From the NCBI GenBank assembly GCA_051746405.1, contig JBNJFB010000016.1, positions 1 through 47,089 of the forward strand: a DNA stretch of 47,089 nucleotides, in the 5' to 3' direction. A program made the translations under genes and the position numbers. Under the pieces are notes generated by a model, which did not search any database, was not told where the DNA came from, and saw only the letters and a program-made list of their open reading frames with translations. Below, in pieces: positions 18,535 through 27,904 of the stretch. The stretch comes from Campylobacterota bacterium. GTDB lineage: Bacteria; Campylobacterota; Campylobacteria; Campylobacterales; Arcobacteraceae. Each line of letters starts with the position of its first letter. Position 1 is the first letter of the stretch.

Positions 18535-20331
18535 TTAACTCCAAGTAGTCTTTAGATAACTATTTTGATTTAAGTATTTTTCTAAAATTTTAAATGAATT
18601 TTTATCTAAATTTGTTTTTAATATTTTTTTCATATTTTTCACATCATAGTCAATATCTTCTAAAATATTAATTATTTTTTGTGATTCTTGTATTTTCTCT
18701 GTGTGAAAATCATTTTCATCTATTAGTATATTAACTTCAGTAGGGTGAGAAAATAGATTGTGTTTCATTCCTAATGTATCTTGATAAGCACCCACATTAA
18801 AAAAACCTATAAAGTACTCCTCTTTGGATAAATCGATATCATGTAAGTATAAAGGCTTATTACTATCAAATGATATCTCCCCATCACTATCACAGGTTAT
18901 ATCCCATAAACTTGCACTTCTAGTTGGTTTTTTATCATGGTGTGTTAAGGGCATTATTGGAAAAGGCTGTTTAATACCCCAATAATCAGGTAGTGACTGA
19001 AAGATTGAAAAGTTTAAAAGATACTTTTCTTGGATATTTTCATCTATTTTCTTAAGCTCTTCATAATCATCAACTTCTAAAAAGATAATTGCTTTTTTTA
19101 TAATTTGGTGTGTTAATACTTCTGCGTTTGATCTATCTTGTAAATCAATATATCCTAAATCAAAAAGGGTTAGCAATGATTCCATATGATCCATTGAATC
19201 ATGCATATACTCATAAGCAGTACTTTTTTTCATATCATTTAGCAACTCTTTTAGCTCTTCTATTAAAGGAGGATTACTCTGTTTTAATCTTAGATGTTTT
19301 AAATCAAATTCAGATGAAAATAGTTCTAAAACAGGAGTAACTAAAACAGTATTTGAAGCAGAGATAAATCTACCTGATTCAGTGTATATATTAGGCTCTT
19401 TTACACCTTTTTGTTTAGCTATCTCTTTTAAAGTAAAGACAACATCACTAGCAAACTCATTTAAAGAGTAGAATCTACTTCTTTCATAGGCACTATACTC
19501 AACAGCTAAACCTCCACCTATATTTATATTTTCTAGGTTATAAGCACCTAAGTTTTTAAGCTCTGTATATATGTGACCTGACTCTTTTAGCGCTTTTTTT
19601 AAAGGCTTTATTGATTGCATTGATGAGCCTATATGAAAATGAATCATTGTAAGAAACTCTAATAAATTATCTTTTTTTAAAACCTCAAAAGCTTCTAAAA
19701 TCTCAGTTGAAGTTAATCCAAACTTTGAGTTAATACCTCCACTTTTTGCCCATAATCCACTTCCGCTATTGTGAAGCCTTATTCTTAAACCAATATTTGG
19801 TGTTGGAAGTTTTGTCTCTTTTGCAACTTCTATTATTGTTTCAAGCTCATTTAGTCCTTCAATTATCACAGTGATTTTATGTCCTATACTTCTTGCTAAA
19901 AATGCTAAATGTATAAGCTCTTTATCTTTAAATCCATTTACTGTAATAGGGGAGTTTAAATTATTATAGGTCATTGCAATAATAAGTTCAGCTTTGCTTC
20001 CAGCTTCTAACCCATAGTTAAACTCTTTTGAGTTTTTTATTAAAGGAAGTATAAAGTTTGGTAATTGATTTACTTTTAGGGGAAATACAGCTTTAAATTC
20101 ACCTTTATAATCATAGGTTTTCATACTATCATTAAAAGTATCATATAGTTTTTTTATCTGTTTTTGAGTAATATGTGGAAATCTTAAAAGTAAAGGTCCT
20201 TTATACTGTTTATGTCTTAATTTATTAACAATAGATATAAGTGATGGATTACTTTTATAGTTTACTTTTACAACACTATCTTCAATAAAAAAGTTTTTAT
20301 CACCCCAAATATCTATACCGTAATCATTCAA
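18535..20331 (-). CDS. speA: Biosynthetic arginine decarboxylase
   Basis: FPLKVNQ (PLP Lys), GLEAGSKAEL, HFHIGS, ESGR, DITCDSDG, GAYQ. Confidence 0.95.
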   Translation of the reverse strand: MNDYGIDIWGDKNFFIEDSVVKVNYKSNPSLISIVNKLRHKQYKGPLLLRFPHITQKQIKKLYDTFNDSMKTYDYKGEFKAVFPLKVNQLPNFILPLIKNSKEFNYGLEAGSKAELIIAMTYNNLNSPITVNGFKDKELIHLAFLARSIGHKITVIIEGLNELETIIEVAKETKLPTPNIGLRIRLHNSGSGLWAKSGGINSKFGLTSTEILEAFEVLKKDNLLEFLTMIHFHIGSSMQSIKPLKKALKESGHIYTELKNLGAYNLENINIGGGLAVEYSAYERSRFYSLNEFASDVVFTLKEIAKQKGVKEPNIYTESGRFISASNTVLVTPVLELFSSEFDLKHLRLKQSNPPLIEELKELLNDMKKSTAYEYMHDSMDHMESLLTLFDLGYIDLQDRSNAEVLTHQIIKKAIIFLEVDDYEELKKIDENIQEKYLLNFSIFQSLPDYWGIKQPFPIMPLTHHDKKPTRSASLWDITCDSDGEISFDSNKPLYLHDIDLSKEEYFIGFFNVGAYQDTLGMKHNLFSHPTEVNILIDENDFHTEKIQESQKIINILEDIDYDVKNMKKILKTNLDKNSFKILEKYLNQNSYLKTTWS

Positions 20332-20333
20332 TA

Positions 20334-21572
20334 CTAAAAATCCTCTAAACTTATATTTTGACTCTCTTTTGTGTCAAGATTTTTTATGAAAATACTATTT
20401 TGTTTTAAATCCTCTTGACCTATAAGAGCAACTATATTTGCACCTTGTTTTTGAGCTAGTTTAAAATGCTTTCCAAAACTTCTTGGTGAGTATTCAACTA
20501 GGGTTTTAACTCTCTTTCTTTTATTAACTGCTATTTTTAAAGCAATACTTAAAGACTCCTCATCTAATGCACCAATATAGTATATATCTTCTTTTTCTTC
20601 TTTTTTCTTAACTAGTTCAAGTAGTCTTTCAATTCCAATAGCAAAGCCAATTCCAAAACTAGGTCTACCACCTAAAAACTCAACTAATTTATCATATCTT
20701 CCACCACCAGCTATTGCACTTTGTGTACCTATTTCATCACTTACAAACTCAAAAGCAGTTTTACTATAGTAGTCTAATCCTCTAACTAAGTTTGTATTTA
20801 TTTTATACTCTACACCATTAATATCTAAAATCTCTTTTAATTTTTCAAACTCTTCATCACATGAAACACATAGATTATCTGTAATCTTTGGAGCATCTTT
20901 TAGTTTTATTTGACAAGACTCATTTTTACAATCTAATACTCTAATTGGGTTAGTAGTAGCTCTATTTTGACAATCTGAACATAACTCTTCTTTAAATGAA
21001 TTTAGGTGAGTTATTAGATTTTGTTTATATTGTGGCATACAGTTATCATCACCTAAAGAGTTTAATTGAAGAGTGTATTTTATCTCAAAAAACTCTAAAA
21101 TATCTTTTATCATTAAGATAATATTTGCATCTTCGTAAACACTCTTAACCCCAAAAACTTCACAGCCAAATTGGTGAAACTCTCTCAATCTACCTTTTTG
21201 AGGTCTTTCATACCTAAACATAGGTCCATGGTAGTACCACCTTTGTGTTCCACCAGCTCTATCAAGTTTATTTTGAATAAAGTGCCTAACAACTCCTGCT
21301 GTTCCCTCAGGTCTTAAACAAACGTCATTTTCACCTTTATCAATAAATTGGTACATCTCTTTATTTACAATATCAGAACTTTCACCTACACTTCTTTTAA
21401 AAAGTGCAGTCTCTTCTAATAATGGAGTTTCAATATAAGAAAATCCATAGTTTCTAGCTATTTTTGAAGCATTTTCACAAAAGTATGTAAATAAATCACT
21501 CTCTTGATTTACTATATCTTTCATCCCTCTTAAACTTTGAATAGTTTTTATACTCTTATTATCTTTAGGCAT
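20334..21572 (-). CDS. hisS: Histidine-tRNA ligase
   Basis: LRPEGTA, FRYERPQKGRLREFHQ, LVRGLDYY, GGGRYD. Confidence 0.97.
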   Translation of the reverse strand: MPKDNKSIKTIQSLRGMKDIVNQESDLFTYFCENASKIARNYGFSYIETPLLEETALFKRSVGESSDIVNKEMYQFIDKGENDVCLRPEGTAGVVRHFIQNKLDRAGGTQRWYYHGPMFRYERPQKGRLREFHQFGCEVFGVKSVYEDANIILMIKDILEFFEIKYTLQLNSLGDDNCMPQYKQNLITHLNSFKEELCSDCQNRATTNPIRVLDCKNESCQIKLKDAPKITDNLCVSCDEEFEKLKEILDINGVEYKINTNLVRGLDYYSKTAFEFVSDEIGTQSAIAGGGRYDKLVEFLGGRPSFGIGFAIGIERLLELVKKKEEKEDIYYIGALDEESLSIALKIAVNKRKRVKTLVEYSPRSFGKHFKLAQKQGANIVALIGQEDLKQNSIFIKNLDTKESQNISLEDF

Positions 21573-22131
21573 TTAAAAAATCCTCTATTTGTTTTTCTAT
21601 TTCTTCTATACTCAAACTTGCATCAATAAAAATATGATTTAAGTTTAATTTTTTTATTGTCTCTTTCATTCTATTTTGCGTATTTAATAGGTAATTAATA
21701 CCTCTTAATTCAATACTATCATTCTGTTTTTTTGCTAATCTATTTTTTAATTCATCACTTGATAGTTCTAAAAGAATCACATGAGTTGGCAAAGTATCGT
21801 TTGTTGCAAATAGATTTAACTCAATCATCTTATCAAGCTTGAAATTTGAAGCATAAGCAATTCCTGAAATAAGTGACCTATCAGAGATAATATCAGTTTG
21901 TTTATTTTTTAAAACAAGCTCTTCAATATGTTCAGCTCTATCTGCTAAAAATAAAAACATCTCTGCTACTTTTGATTTAGCTTGGCCACTTAATACCATT
22001 TGTCTTAGTTTAGAACCTATTTTTGTACCACCTGGTTCTTTTGTAAAAATAGCATTTTCATATTTTGATTTAAGTAAATCCAGCTGTGTTGATTTTCCAG
22101 CTGTATCAATTCCCTCTATAACTGCATACAT
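21565..22131 (-). CDS. tmk: Thymidylate kinase
   Basis: EGIDTAGKSTQ P-loop, KEPGG, ADRAEH, SDR. Confidence 0.95.
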   Translation of the reverse strand: MYAVIEGIDTAGKSTQLDLLKSKYENAIFTKEPGGTKIGSKLRQMVLSGQAKSKVAEMFLFLADRAEHIEELVLKNKQTDIISDRSLISGIAYASNFKLDKMIELNLFATNDTLPTHVILLELSSDELKNRLAKKQNDSIELRGINYLLNTQNRMKETIKKLNLNHIFIDASLSIEEIEKQIEDFLNA

Positions 22132-22613
22132 TTTAAAACCTCATTTGGTACTAAGTGTTCAAATTTACCATCAAATCTAATTATTTCTCTTACAATAGTA
22201 GAAGATACAAAAGCGTTTTGAAGTGTTGGCATTAAGTATAAAGTCTCAATTTGTTTGTTAATAGAGGAGTTTGCATATCCCATTTGAAGTTCATACTCAA
22301 AATCAGAAACAGCCCTTAATCCTCTAATTATTGTATTTATTCTTTTTTGTGTTGCAAACTCAACTAAAAGTGTATCAAAGCCCTCAACGGTAATATTTTT
22401 TATATGTTTAGTTGCTTCAATTACAAATTTTACTCTATCTTCATGGCAAAACATAGGACCTTTTCTTTCACTTTTTGCAACAGCAATAACAACTTCATCA
22501 AAAATACATGAAGCCCTTGTAATAATATCTAAATGACCATTTGTAATAGGGTCAAAAGTCCCACTATATATTGCTTTTTTATAAGTTGTATTATCTATAT
22601 TCTCTTTTTGCAT
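22116..22613 (-). CDS. coaD: Phosphopantetheine adenylyltransferase
   Basis: GTFDPITNGHLDII, IIRGLRAVSDFEYE, VSSTIVRE. Confidence 0.96.
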   Translation of the reverse strand: MQKENIDNTTYKKAIYSGTFDPITNGHLDIITRASCIFDEVVIAVAKSERKGPMFCHEDRVKFVIEATKHIKNITVEGFDTLLVEFATQKRINTIIRGLRAVSDFEYELQMGYANSSINKQIETLYLMPTLQNAFVSSTIVREIIRFDGKFEHLVPNEVLKCMQL

Positions 22614-22614
22614 T

Positions 22615-23169
22615 CTATTCCCATCTTTTAAATAAATTATGTTCTATTTTCAAAAGGTCAAACCACTTTCCAATAAGAAACTCTTCCATCTGTTTTAAAC
22701 TTTTTTGTTCTGAATAATATCCTAAAACAGGAGGTGCAATTGTTACACCCAAATTTGATAACTTCAACATGTTTTCAAGAGCTATTGAGTTATAAGGCAT
22801 CTCCCTTGGTGATAAAATAATATCTCTTTTTTCTTTTAACATTACAGTAAAAGCCCTTGTAATTAAAGAGTCAGAAATACCAACTGCACATTTTGCTAGG
22901 GTATTCATAGAGCATGGAAGTATAATCATTTTATCTACTTGAAATGAACCTGATGCAATAGGGGCAGCTATATTTGAATCTTCAAAAATCTTAACATTTT
23001 CAAAGTTTTCAAACTGTTTTTTTATTGATATTTTGTTTTCAAGATTTAATGCAATTTTTGCACTTTTCGAAAATACTAAAAAAACCTCAATATTTGAAGG
23101 AATTTTTTTTACAAAATTAATCCCTAAATTCCCACCACTAGCACCTGATATAGCTACTGTAATCTTCAA
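22615..23169 (-). CDS. ubiX: UbiX-family flavin prenyltransferase
   Basis: ISGASG, APIASGS, PCSMNTLA, LKEKR..SPRE. Confidence 0.92.
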   Translation of the reverse strand: MKITVAISGASGGNLGINFVKKIPSNIEVFLVFSKSAKIALNLENKISIKKQFENFENVKIFEDSNIAAPIASGSFQVDKMIILPCSMNTLAKCAVGISDSLITRAFTVMLKEKRDIILSPREMPYNSIALENMLKLSNLGVTIAPPVLGYYSEQKSLKQMEEFLIGKWFDLLKIEHNLFKRWE

Positions 23170-23369
23170 AAATAAACCTTTCTACTTCTTTTTATAAATT
23201 AAAAATAATATCAAAAAAAAACTTTGAAAACAAAATGAGAAAAATAGTCTGTGTTTTAAGTGTATCTTAAGTATTTGTATAATAACATTTTGTATAATAA
23301 AAATATACAAAAAATAAAACACTATGTATATTTTTTTAAAATAAATAATATTTTTTGTAAAGGTAAAAG

Positions 23370-24011
23370 ATGCATAAAAATTTTACATATCTAAGAGTTA
23401 ATAAAAATGATGAAAACTATACGTTAATGCAAAAGGAGAGTTTAGATGCATATATAAAAAAGCATAAGATTGATGTTTATAAAAGTATTGAAATTGAAAT
23501 AAATATTCCTGATGATGAAAAAAATATTGTCGAACTACTAAAAAATTGTGAAAAAAAATCTACTATTGTTGTGGCTGATTTAAATGTATTTGGTAGAACC
23601 ATTGAGGCTATTGTTGAAGTTTTGAAGTTTCTTTTATCAAATAAAATAAGGGTTTTAGTTGTAAAGCAAAACTTAGATTTAGTAGATGATAAAGATATGC
23701 TAACACAGATGATTTTAGGTGTTATATCTATGACAGTTAATTTAGAAAAAGAGCTAATGAGTTTAAGAACAAAAGAGGCACTAGCAGCAAAAAAATTAGG
23801 TGGGGCAAGTTTAGGTAAACCAAAAGGTACAATTCAAAAATCAAAGTTTGATAAGCAAAGAGATAAGATAGAGGAGTTACTATCCCTTGGATTATCCGTA
23901 AGAAAAATAGCAAAACTACTTGGTTATAACAATCATATAGGCTTAAATAATTATGTTAAAAAAAGGAAAATTAAAGAAAATTTGCCCAAAAACCTTGATA
24001 TCGCAAGTTAA
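23370..24011 (+). CDS. Serine recombinase/resolvase-family protein with C-terminal HTH, lacking the catalytic Ser
   Basis: YLRVN (for YxRVS), VVADLNVFGR (for LDRLGR), EKELMSLRTKEAL..K..G..LGKPKG, HTH SVRKIAKLLG. Confidence 0.85.
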   Translation: MHKNFTYLRVNKNDENYTLMQKESLDAYIKKHKIDVYKSIEIEINIPDDEKNIVELLKNCEKKSTIVVADLNVFGRTIEAIVEVLKFLLSNKIRVLVVKQNLDLVDDKDMLTQMILGVISMTVNLEKELMSLRTKEALAAKKLGGASLGKPKGTIQKSKFDKQRDKIEELLSLGLSVRKIAKLLGYNNHIGLNNYVKKRKIKENLPKNLDIAS

Positions 24012-24344
24012 TCTCTATCAAGGTTAAATCATAAAGCATTAAGTTTTATAATACTATTTTAATAATATTAAATAATATACAATATTGATTTTAAGATATT
24101 TTATAAGTAAAATTTAAATACAAATGTATTGCTTTTAACAATAATTATAATTATACAAATTGTAATTTTGTATAATTATTTAGAAAAATTAAATGGTTTT
24201 CATTTAAATCAATACTTTAACCATATAAAAAGTTATACAAAATTTTTAAAAACTAAAATAATAGAAAAAGTAAGTGGTGTTTCAAACTTACTTCATTTAA
24301 AATATTGTAGAATATGGGCTATTTATACATATATTGGAGATAAT

Positions 24345-24794
24345 ATGAAAGTTTTATTAATTAAAGATGTAAAAAGTTTAGGAAAAGCAGGTGAAGTTAA
24401 AGAAGTAAAAGATGGATATGGAAAAAACTTCTTAGTTGCTAAGGGTTATGCAAAACATGCAACTCCTGAAGTTTTAAACAGATTTAAAGCAGAACAAAGA
24501 AAAAAAGAACAAAAAGAAAAAGATGAGATTGCTTTAGCAAAAGAGTTAGCTTTAAAGCTTGACTCTACAAAACTAACTATAAAGCATAAAGTTGGTGCTA
24601 ATGGACACTTAATAGGTTCAGTTACAAATAAAGAGATTAGTGAATCTTTAAAAGATGAGTTTGGTATTGATATTGATAAAAAAAATATCTCTTTGAAAGC
24701 AAAAATAAAAGCTGTTGGAATTTTTGAAGTTGATTGTAAATTGGGTCATGGTATCCATGGCACTTTAAAAGTTGATATTATTGGAGTTGAATAG
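24345..24794 (+). CDS. rplI: 50S ribosomal protein L9
   Basis: [33 protein letters not shown] 24345 after GGAG (ORF track over-extends to 24129). Confidence 0.97.
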   Translation: MKVLLIKDVKSLGKAGEVKEVKDGYGKNFLVAKGYAKHATPEVLNRFKAEQRKKEQKEKDEIALAKELALKLDSTKLTIKHKVGANGHLIGSVTNKEISESLKDEFGIDIDKKNISLKAKIKAVGIFEVDCKLGHGIHGTLKVDIIGVE

Positions 24795-24796
24795 AT

Positions 24797-25333
24797 ATGT
24801 TTGATGCTACTACGATACTTGCTTATAAAGGTAAAGATAAAGCTGTAATTGGTGGTGATGGACAAGTTACCTTTGGAAATGCAGTTTTAAAAGGAAATGC
24901 AACAAAAATAAGAAGATTATATAAAGACCAGATATTAGCAGGTTTTGCAGGTAGTACTGCAGATGCTTTTAATCTTTTTGATATGTTTGAAACACATTTA
25001 GAGAATACTAAAGGTGATTTATTAAAAGCTGTAATTGCTTTTTCTAAAGAGTGGAGAAAAGATAAGGTTCTTAGAAGATTAGAGGCTATGATGATTGTGT
25101 TAAATAAAAAACATATTTTCATACTTTCAGGAAATGGTGATGTGGTTGAACCAGAAGATGGAGCAATAGCCTCTATTGGTTCAGGTGGAAACTTTGCTAT
25201 TTCAGCAGCACGTGCACTTGCAAAACATACTAAAATGGATGAAGAGGATTTGGTAAAAGAGTCTTTAATGATAGCAGGTGAGTTATGTATTTATACAAAC
25301 CAAAATATAAAATTACTAAAAATTGAGGATTAA
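24797..25333 (+). CDS. hslV: ATP-dependent protease subunit HslV
   Basis: TTIL catalytic Thr, [21 protein letters not shown]. Confidence 0.97.
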   Translation: MFDATTILAYKGKDKAVIGGDGQVTFGNAVLKGNATKIRRLYKDQILAGFAGSTADAFNLFDMFETHLENTKGDLLKAVIAFSKEWRKDKVLRRLEAMMIVLNKKHIFILSGNGDVVEPEDGAIASIGSGGNFAISAARALAKHTKMDEEDLVKESLMIAGELCIYTNQNIKLLKIED

Positions 25334-25339
25334 AATAGA

Positions 25340-26671
25340 ATGGATTTAACACCAAAGCAAATTGTAGCATATTTAGATGATTATATTATAGGTCAAAATG
25401 ATGCAAAGAAGACTATTGCTTTAGCTTTAAGAAATAGGTTTAGAAGAATGAAAGTTGAACCAGTTCTTCAAGAAGAGATAATGCCTAAAAATATTTTAAT
25501 GATAGGAAGTACAGGTATTGGTAAAACAGAAATAGCCAGAAGATTGGCTAAAATGATGGGTTTACCTTTTGTTAAAGTTGAAGCTTCAAAATATACAGAA
25601 GTTGGTTTTGTTGGTCGTGATGTTGAGTCTATGATACGAGATTTAGTTTATGAATCAATTAATATTGTTACAAAAGAGTTTGAAGAAAAGATAAAAGATA
25701 AAATAGAAGATGAAGTAAATAGAAAAATTATAGAAAAGTTAGTACCACCACTTCCCCAAACTGCAAGTGAGAGTGCAAAAGAGTCTTTTATAAAAACTTA
25801 TAATCTAATGGAAAAAAAGCTTTTAGCTGGTGATTTAGATGAAAAAATAATTGAGATTGAGTTACCTAAAAAATCCCATGTGGAGATATTAGATTCAAAT
25901 ATGCCAATGGACATGAGCTCTATGCAAGAGAGTTTAAATAAGATGTTAGGTGGACTTAATAAAGAAAAAGTTAAAAAAGAAGTAAAAATAAAAGACGCAA
26001 AGATTTTACTAAAAGATGAAGCTAGTGAAAACTTACTTGACCAAGAAGCTATAAAGATTGAAGCTATTAAAAGAACTGAATCGGGTGGAATAATATTTTT
26101 AGATGAGATTGATAAAATTGCAACTGGATCAAAATCAGGACAAAATCAAGACCCATCAAAAGAGGGAGTTCAAAGAGATTTATTACCAATAGTTGAGGGT
26201 AGTAGTGTACAAACTAAGTTTGGACAAGTAAAAACGGATCATATTTTATTTATAGCAGCAGGGGCATTTCATGTGTCTAAACCATCTGATTTATTGCCAG
26301 AGTTACAAGGAAGATTTCCGCTTAGAGTAGAGTTAGAATCACTTGATGAGGAAGCACTTTATAAAATTTTGACAAATACTAAGAACTCTTTACTAAGACA
26401 ATATAAAGCATTACTTGAAATAGAAAATGTAAACTTGGAGTTTGAAGATGATGCTATTAGAGCTTTTGCAAAATACTCTGAAACGGCAAATAATAAAACA
26501 GAAGATATAGGGGCTAGAAGACTTCACACTGTAATTGAAAAAGTTATAGAAGATATTTCATATGAAGCAGATGAAAAAAGTGGAGAGACTATAACTGTTA
26601 CAAAAGAGTTAATAGAACAAAAACTTGAAGATATAGTAGAAGATGAGGATACAGCTAGGTATATTTTATAA
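25340..26671 (+). CDS. hslU: ATP-dependent protease ATPase subunit HslU
   Basis: GSTGIGKTEIARRLA, FLDEIDK, PELQGRFP, GARRLHT, C-terminal RYIL. Confidence 0.97.
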   Translation: MDLTPKQIVAYLDDYIIGQNDAKKTIALALRNRFRRMKVEPVLQEEIMPKNILMIGSTGIGKTEIARRLAKMMGLPFVKVEASKYTEVGFVGRDVESMIRDLVYESINIVTKEFEEKIKDKIEDEVNRKIIEKLVPPLPQTASESAKESFIKTYNLMEKKLLAGDLDEKIIEIELPKKSHVEILDSNMPMDMSSMQESLNKMLGGLNKEKVKKEVKIKDAKILLKDEASENLLDQEAIKIEAIKRTESGGIIFLDEIDKIATGSKSGQNQDPSKEGVQRDLLPIVEGSSVQTKFGQVKTDHILFIAAGAFHVSKPSDLLPELQGRFPLRVELESLDEEALYKILTNTKNSLLRQYKALLEIENVNLEFEDDAIRAFAKYSETANNKTEDIGARRLHTVIEKVIEDISYEADEKSGETITVTKELIEQKLEDIVEDEDTARYIL

Positions 26672-26732
26672 TTTTGAAATTTAATAATATTTAGCTAGAA
26701 TTAATAAAATAATATTTTGGGGAGTAATCAAA

Positions 26733-27038
26733 ATGAAAATAGTAACTTTTTGTGATGTGGATGAATCACTGTTTGGTAGTAATCACGAGGTGGAGTATTA
26801 TCATAGTGGAACAACGGGTAAAGCTGATATTGTAATTTTAGATATTAATTCAATCTTTGATTTTGAAGAGAATAAACATGATATTTGTGCTGAAAAGTTT
26901 GTATCTATTGCTATTTTAGATGATAATAGTGATTATGATGCATTTAAAAACTTTGGAATTGATGCATGGATAAAATCAGAAGATATAGATCAAATTAGTA
27001 ATCTTATAAATTTGGTAGAGAATAGATTTTTAAAATAA
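26733..27038 (+). CDS. Small hypothetical protein, possibly a shortened receiver-like domain
   Basis: GGGAG RBS; ADIVILDIN and FGIDAWIK recall REC beta3 and alpha4-beta5. Confidence 0.7.
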   Translation: MKIVTFCDVDESLFGSNHEVEYYHSGTTGKADIVILDINSIFDFEENKHDICAEKFVSIAILDDNSDYDAFKNFGIDAWIKSEDIDQISNLINLVENRFLK

Positions 27039-27050
27039 AAAGGATTTATT

Positions 27051-27839
27051 ATTATAATAGATACACATTGTCACTTAGATAACGAAAAATTTTATGAAGA
27101 TGTTCATGAAGTAATAAATAATGCAAAAAAACATAGCATAAATGGTTTTTTAATACCTGGTTCTGATTTTGAGGATTTACCACAAGCTATAAAATTAGCA
27201 GAACAGTATGATAATATCTACTTTTCAGTAGGAACACATCCATATGATGCAAAACAGTATGATGAAAAGATTTTAGAAAAGTATATAAATCATCCAAAAT
27301 GTGTTGCAGTTGGTGAGTGTGGTTTAGATTATTTTAGATTACCCGAAAATAAAGATGAGATTGAAGCTTATAAACAAGAGCAAAAAGAGGTATTTATATC
27401 TCAAGTTAAGTTTGCAAAAAAAGTTAAAAAACCTTTGATTGTACATATAAGAGAAGCTTCAAATGATTCAAGAGAGATATTGCAAGAGTATGGAGCAAAT
27501 GAAGTAGGAGGAGTTTTACACTGCTTTAATGCAAGTGAACATCTACTTCCACTTGCTAAAGATGGCTTTTATTTTGGTATTGGAGGGGTTTTGACTTTTA
27601 AAAATGCAAGAAAACTTGTAGAGATTTTACCAAAAATCCCAAAAGAGAAGTTATTAATAGAAACAGATGCCCCATACTTAACTCCTCATCCACACAGAGG
27701 TAAAAGAAATGAGCCATTTTATACTACTTTTGTAGCGCAAAAAATGGCAGAACTCTTGGAAGTTTCTAAAGATGAGATAGAAGAGTTAACTACAAATAAT
27801 GCAAAAAATTTATTTAAAGAGTTTTCTAGTATTGTTTAG
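27051..27839 (+). CDS. tatD: TatD-family hydrolase/DNase, 262 aa, apparent ATT start
   Basis: Frame of ORF 27435..27839 is open back to IIIDTHCHLD at 27051; GTHP, VGECGLDY, HIRE, LHCF, IETDAPYL. Confidence 0.9.
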   Translation: MIIDTHCHLDNEKFYEDVHEVINNAKKHSINGFLIPGSDFEDLPQAIKLAEQYDNIYFSVGTHPYDAKQYDEKILEKYINHPKCVAVGECGLDYFRLPENKDEIEAYKQEQKEVFISQVKFAKKVKKPLIVHIREASNDSREILQEYGANEVGGVLHCFNASEHLLPLAKDGFYFGIGGVLTFKNARKLVEILPKIPKEKLLIETDAPYLTPHPHRGKRNEPFYTTFVAQKMAELLEVSKDEIEELTTNNAKNLFKEFSSIV

Positions 27840-27904
27840 ATAAAATATATAAATTTATTTAAACAATACGAACTTCTATTTTAGAGGTTTAAATAGGAGA
27901 AGAC

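Noticed and set aside
2018..19340. Short antisense ORFs (2018, 2934, 4807, 7408, 8107, 8479, 9100, 9931, 12692, 13583, 17880, 19110)
   Set aside because: Overlap well-supported genes on the opposite strand and show no recognisable motifs
24129..24344. 72-aa N-terminal extension of L9 in the ORF track
   Set aside because: TTG start without RBS in very AT-rich spacer; canonical L9 starts at ATG 24345 after GGAG
27435..27839. tatD as a truncated 134-aa pseudogene
   Set aside because: Frame is open and conserved back to 27051 with all TatD motifs
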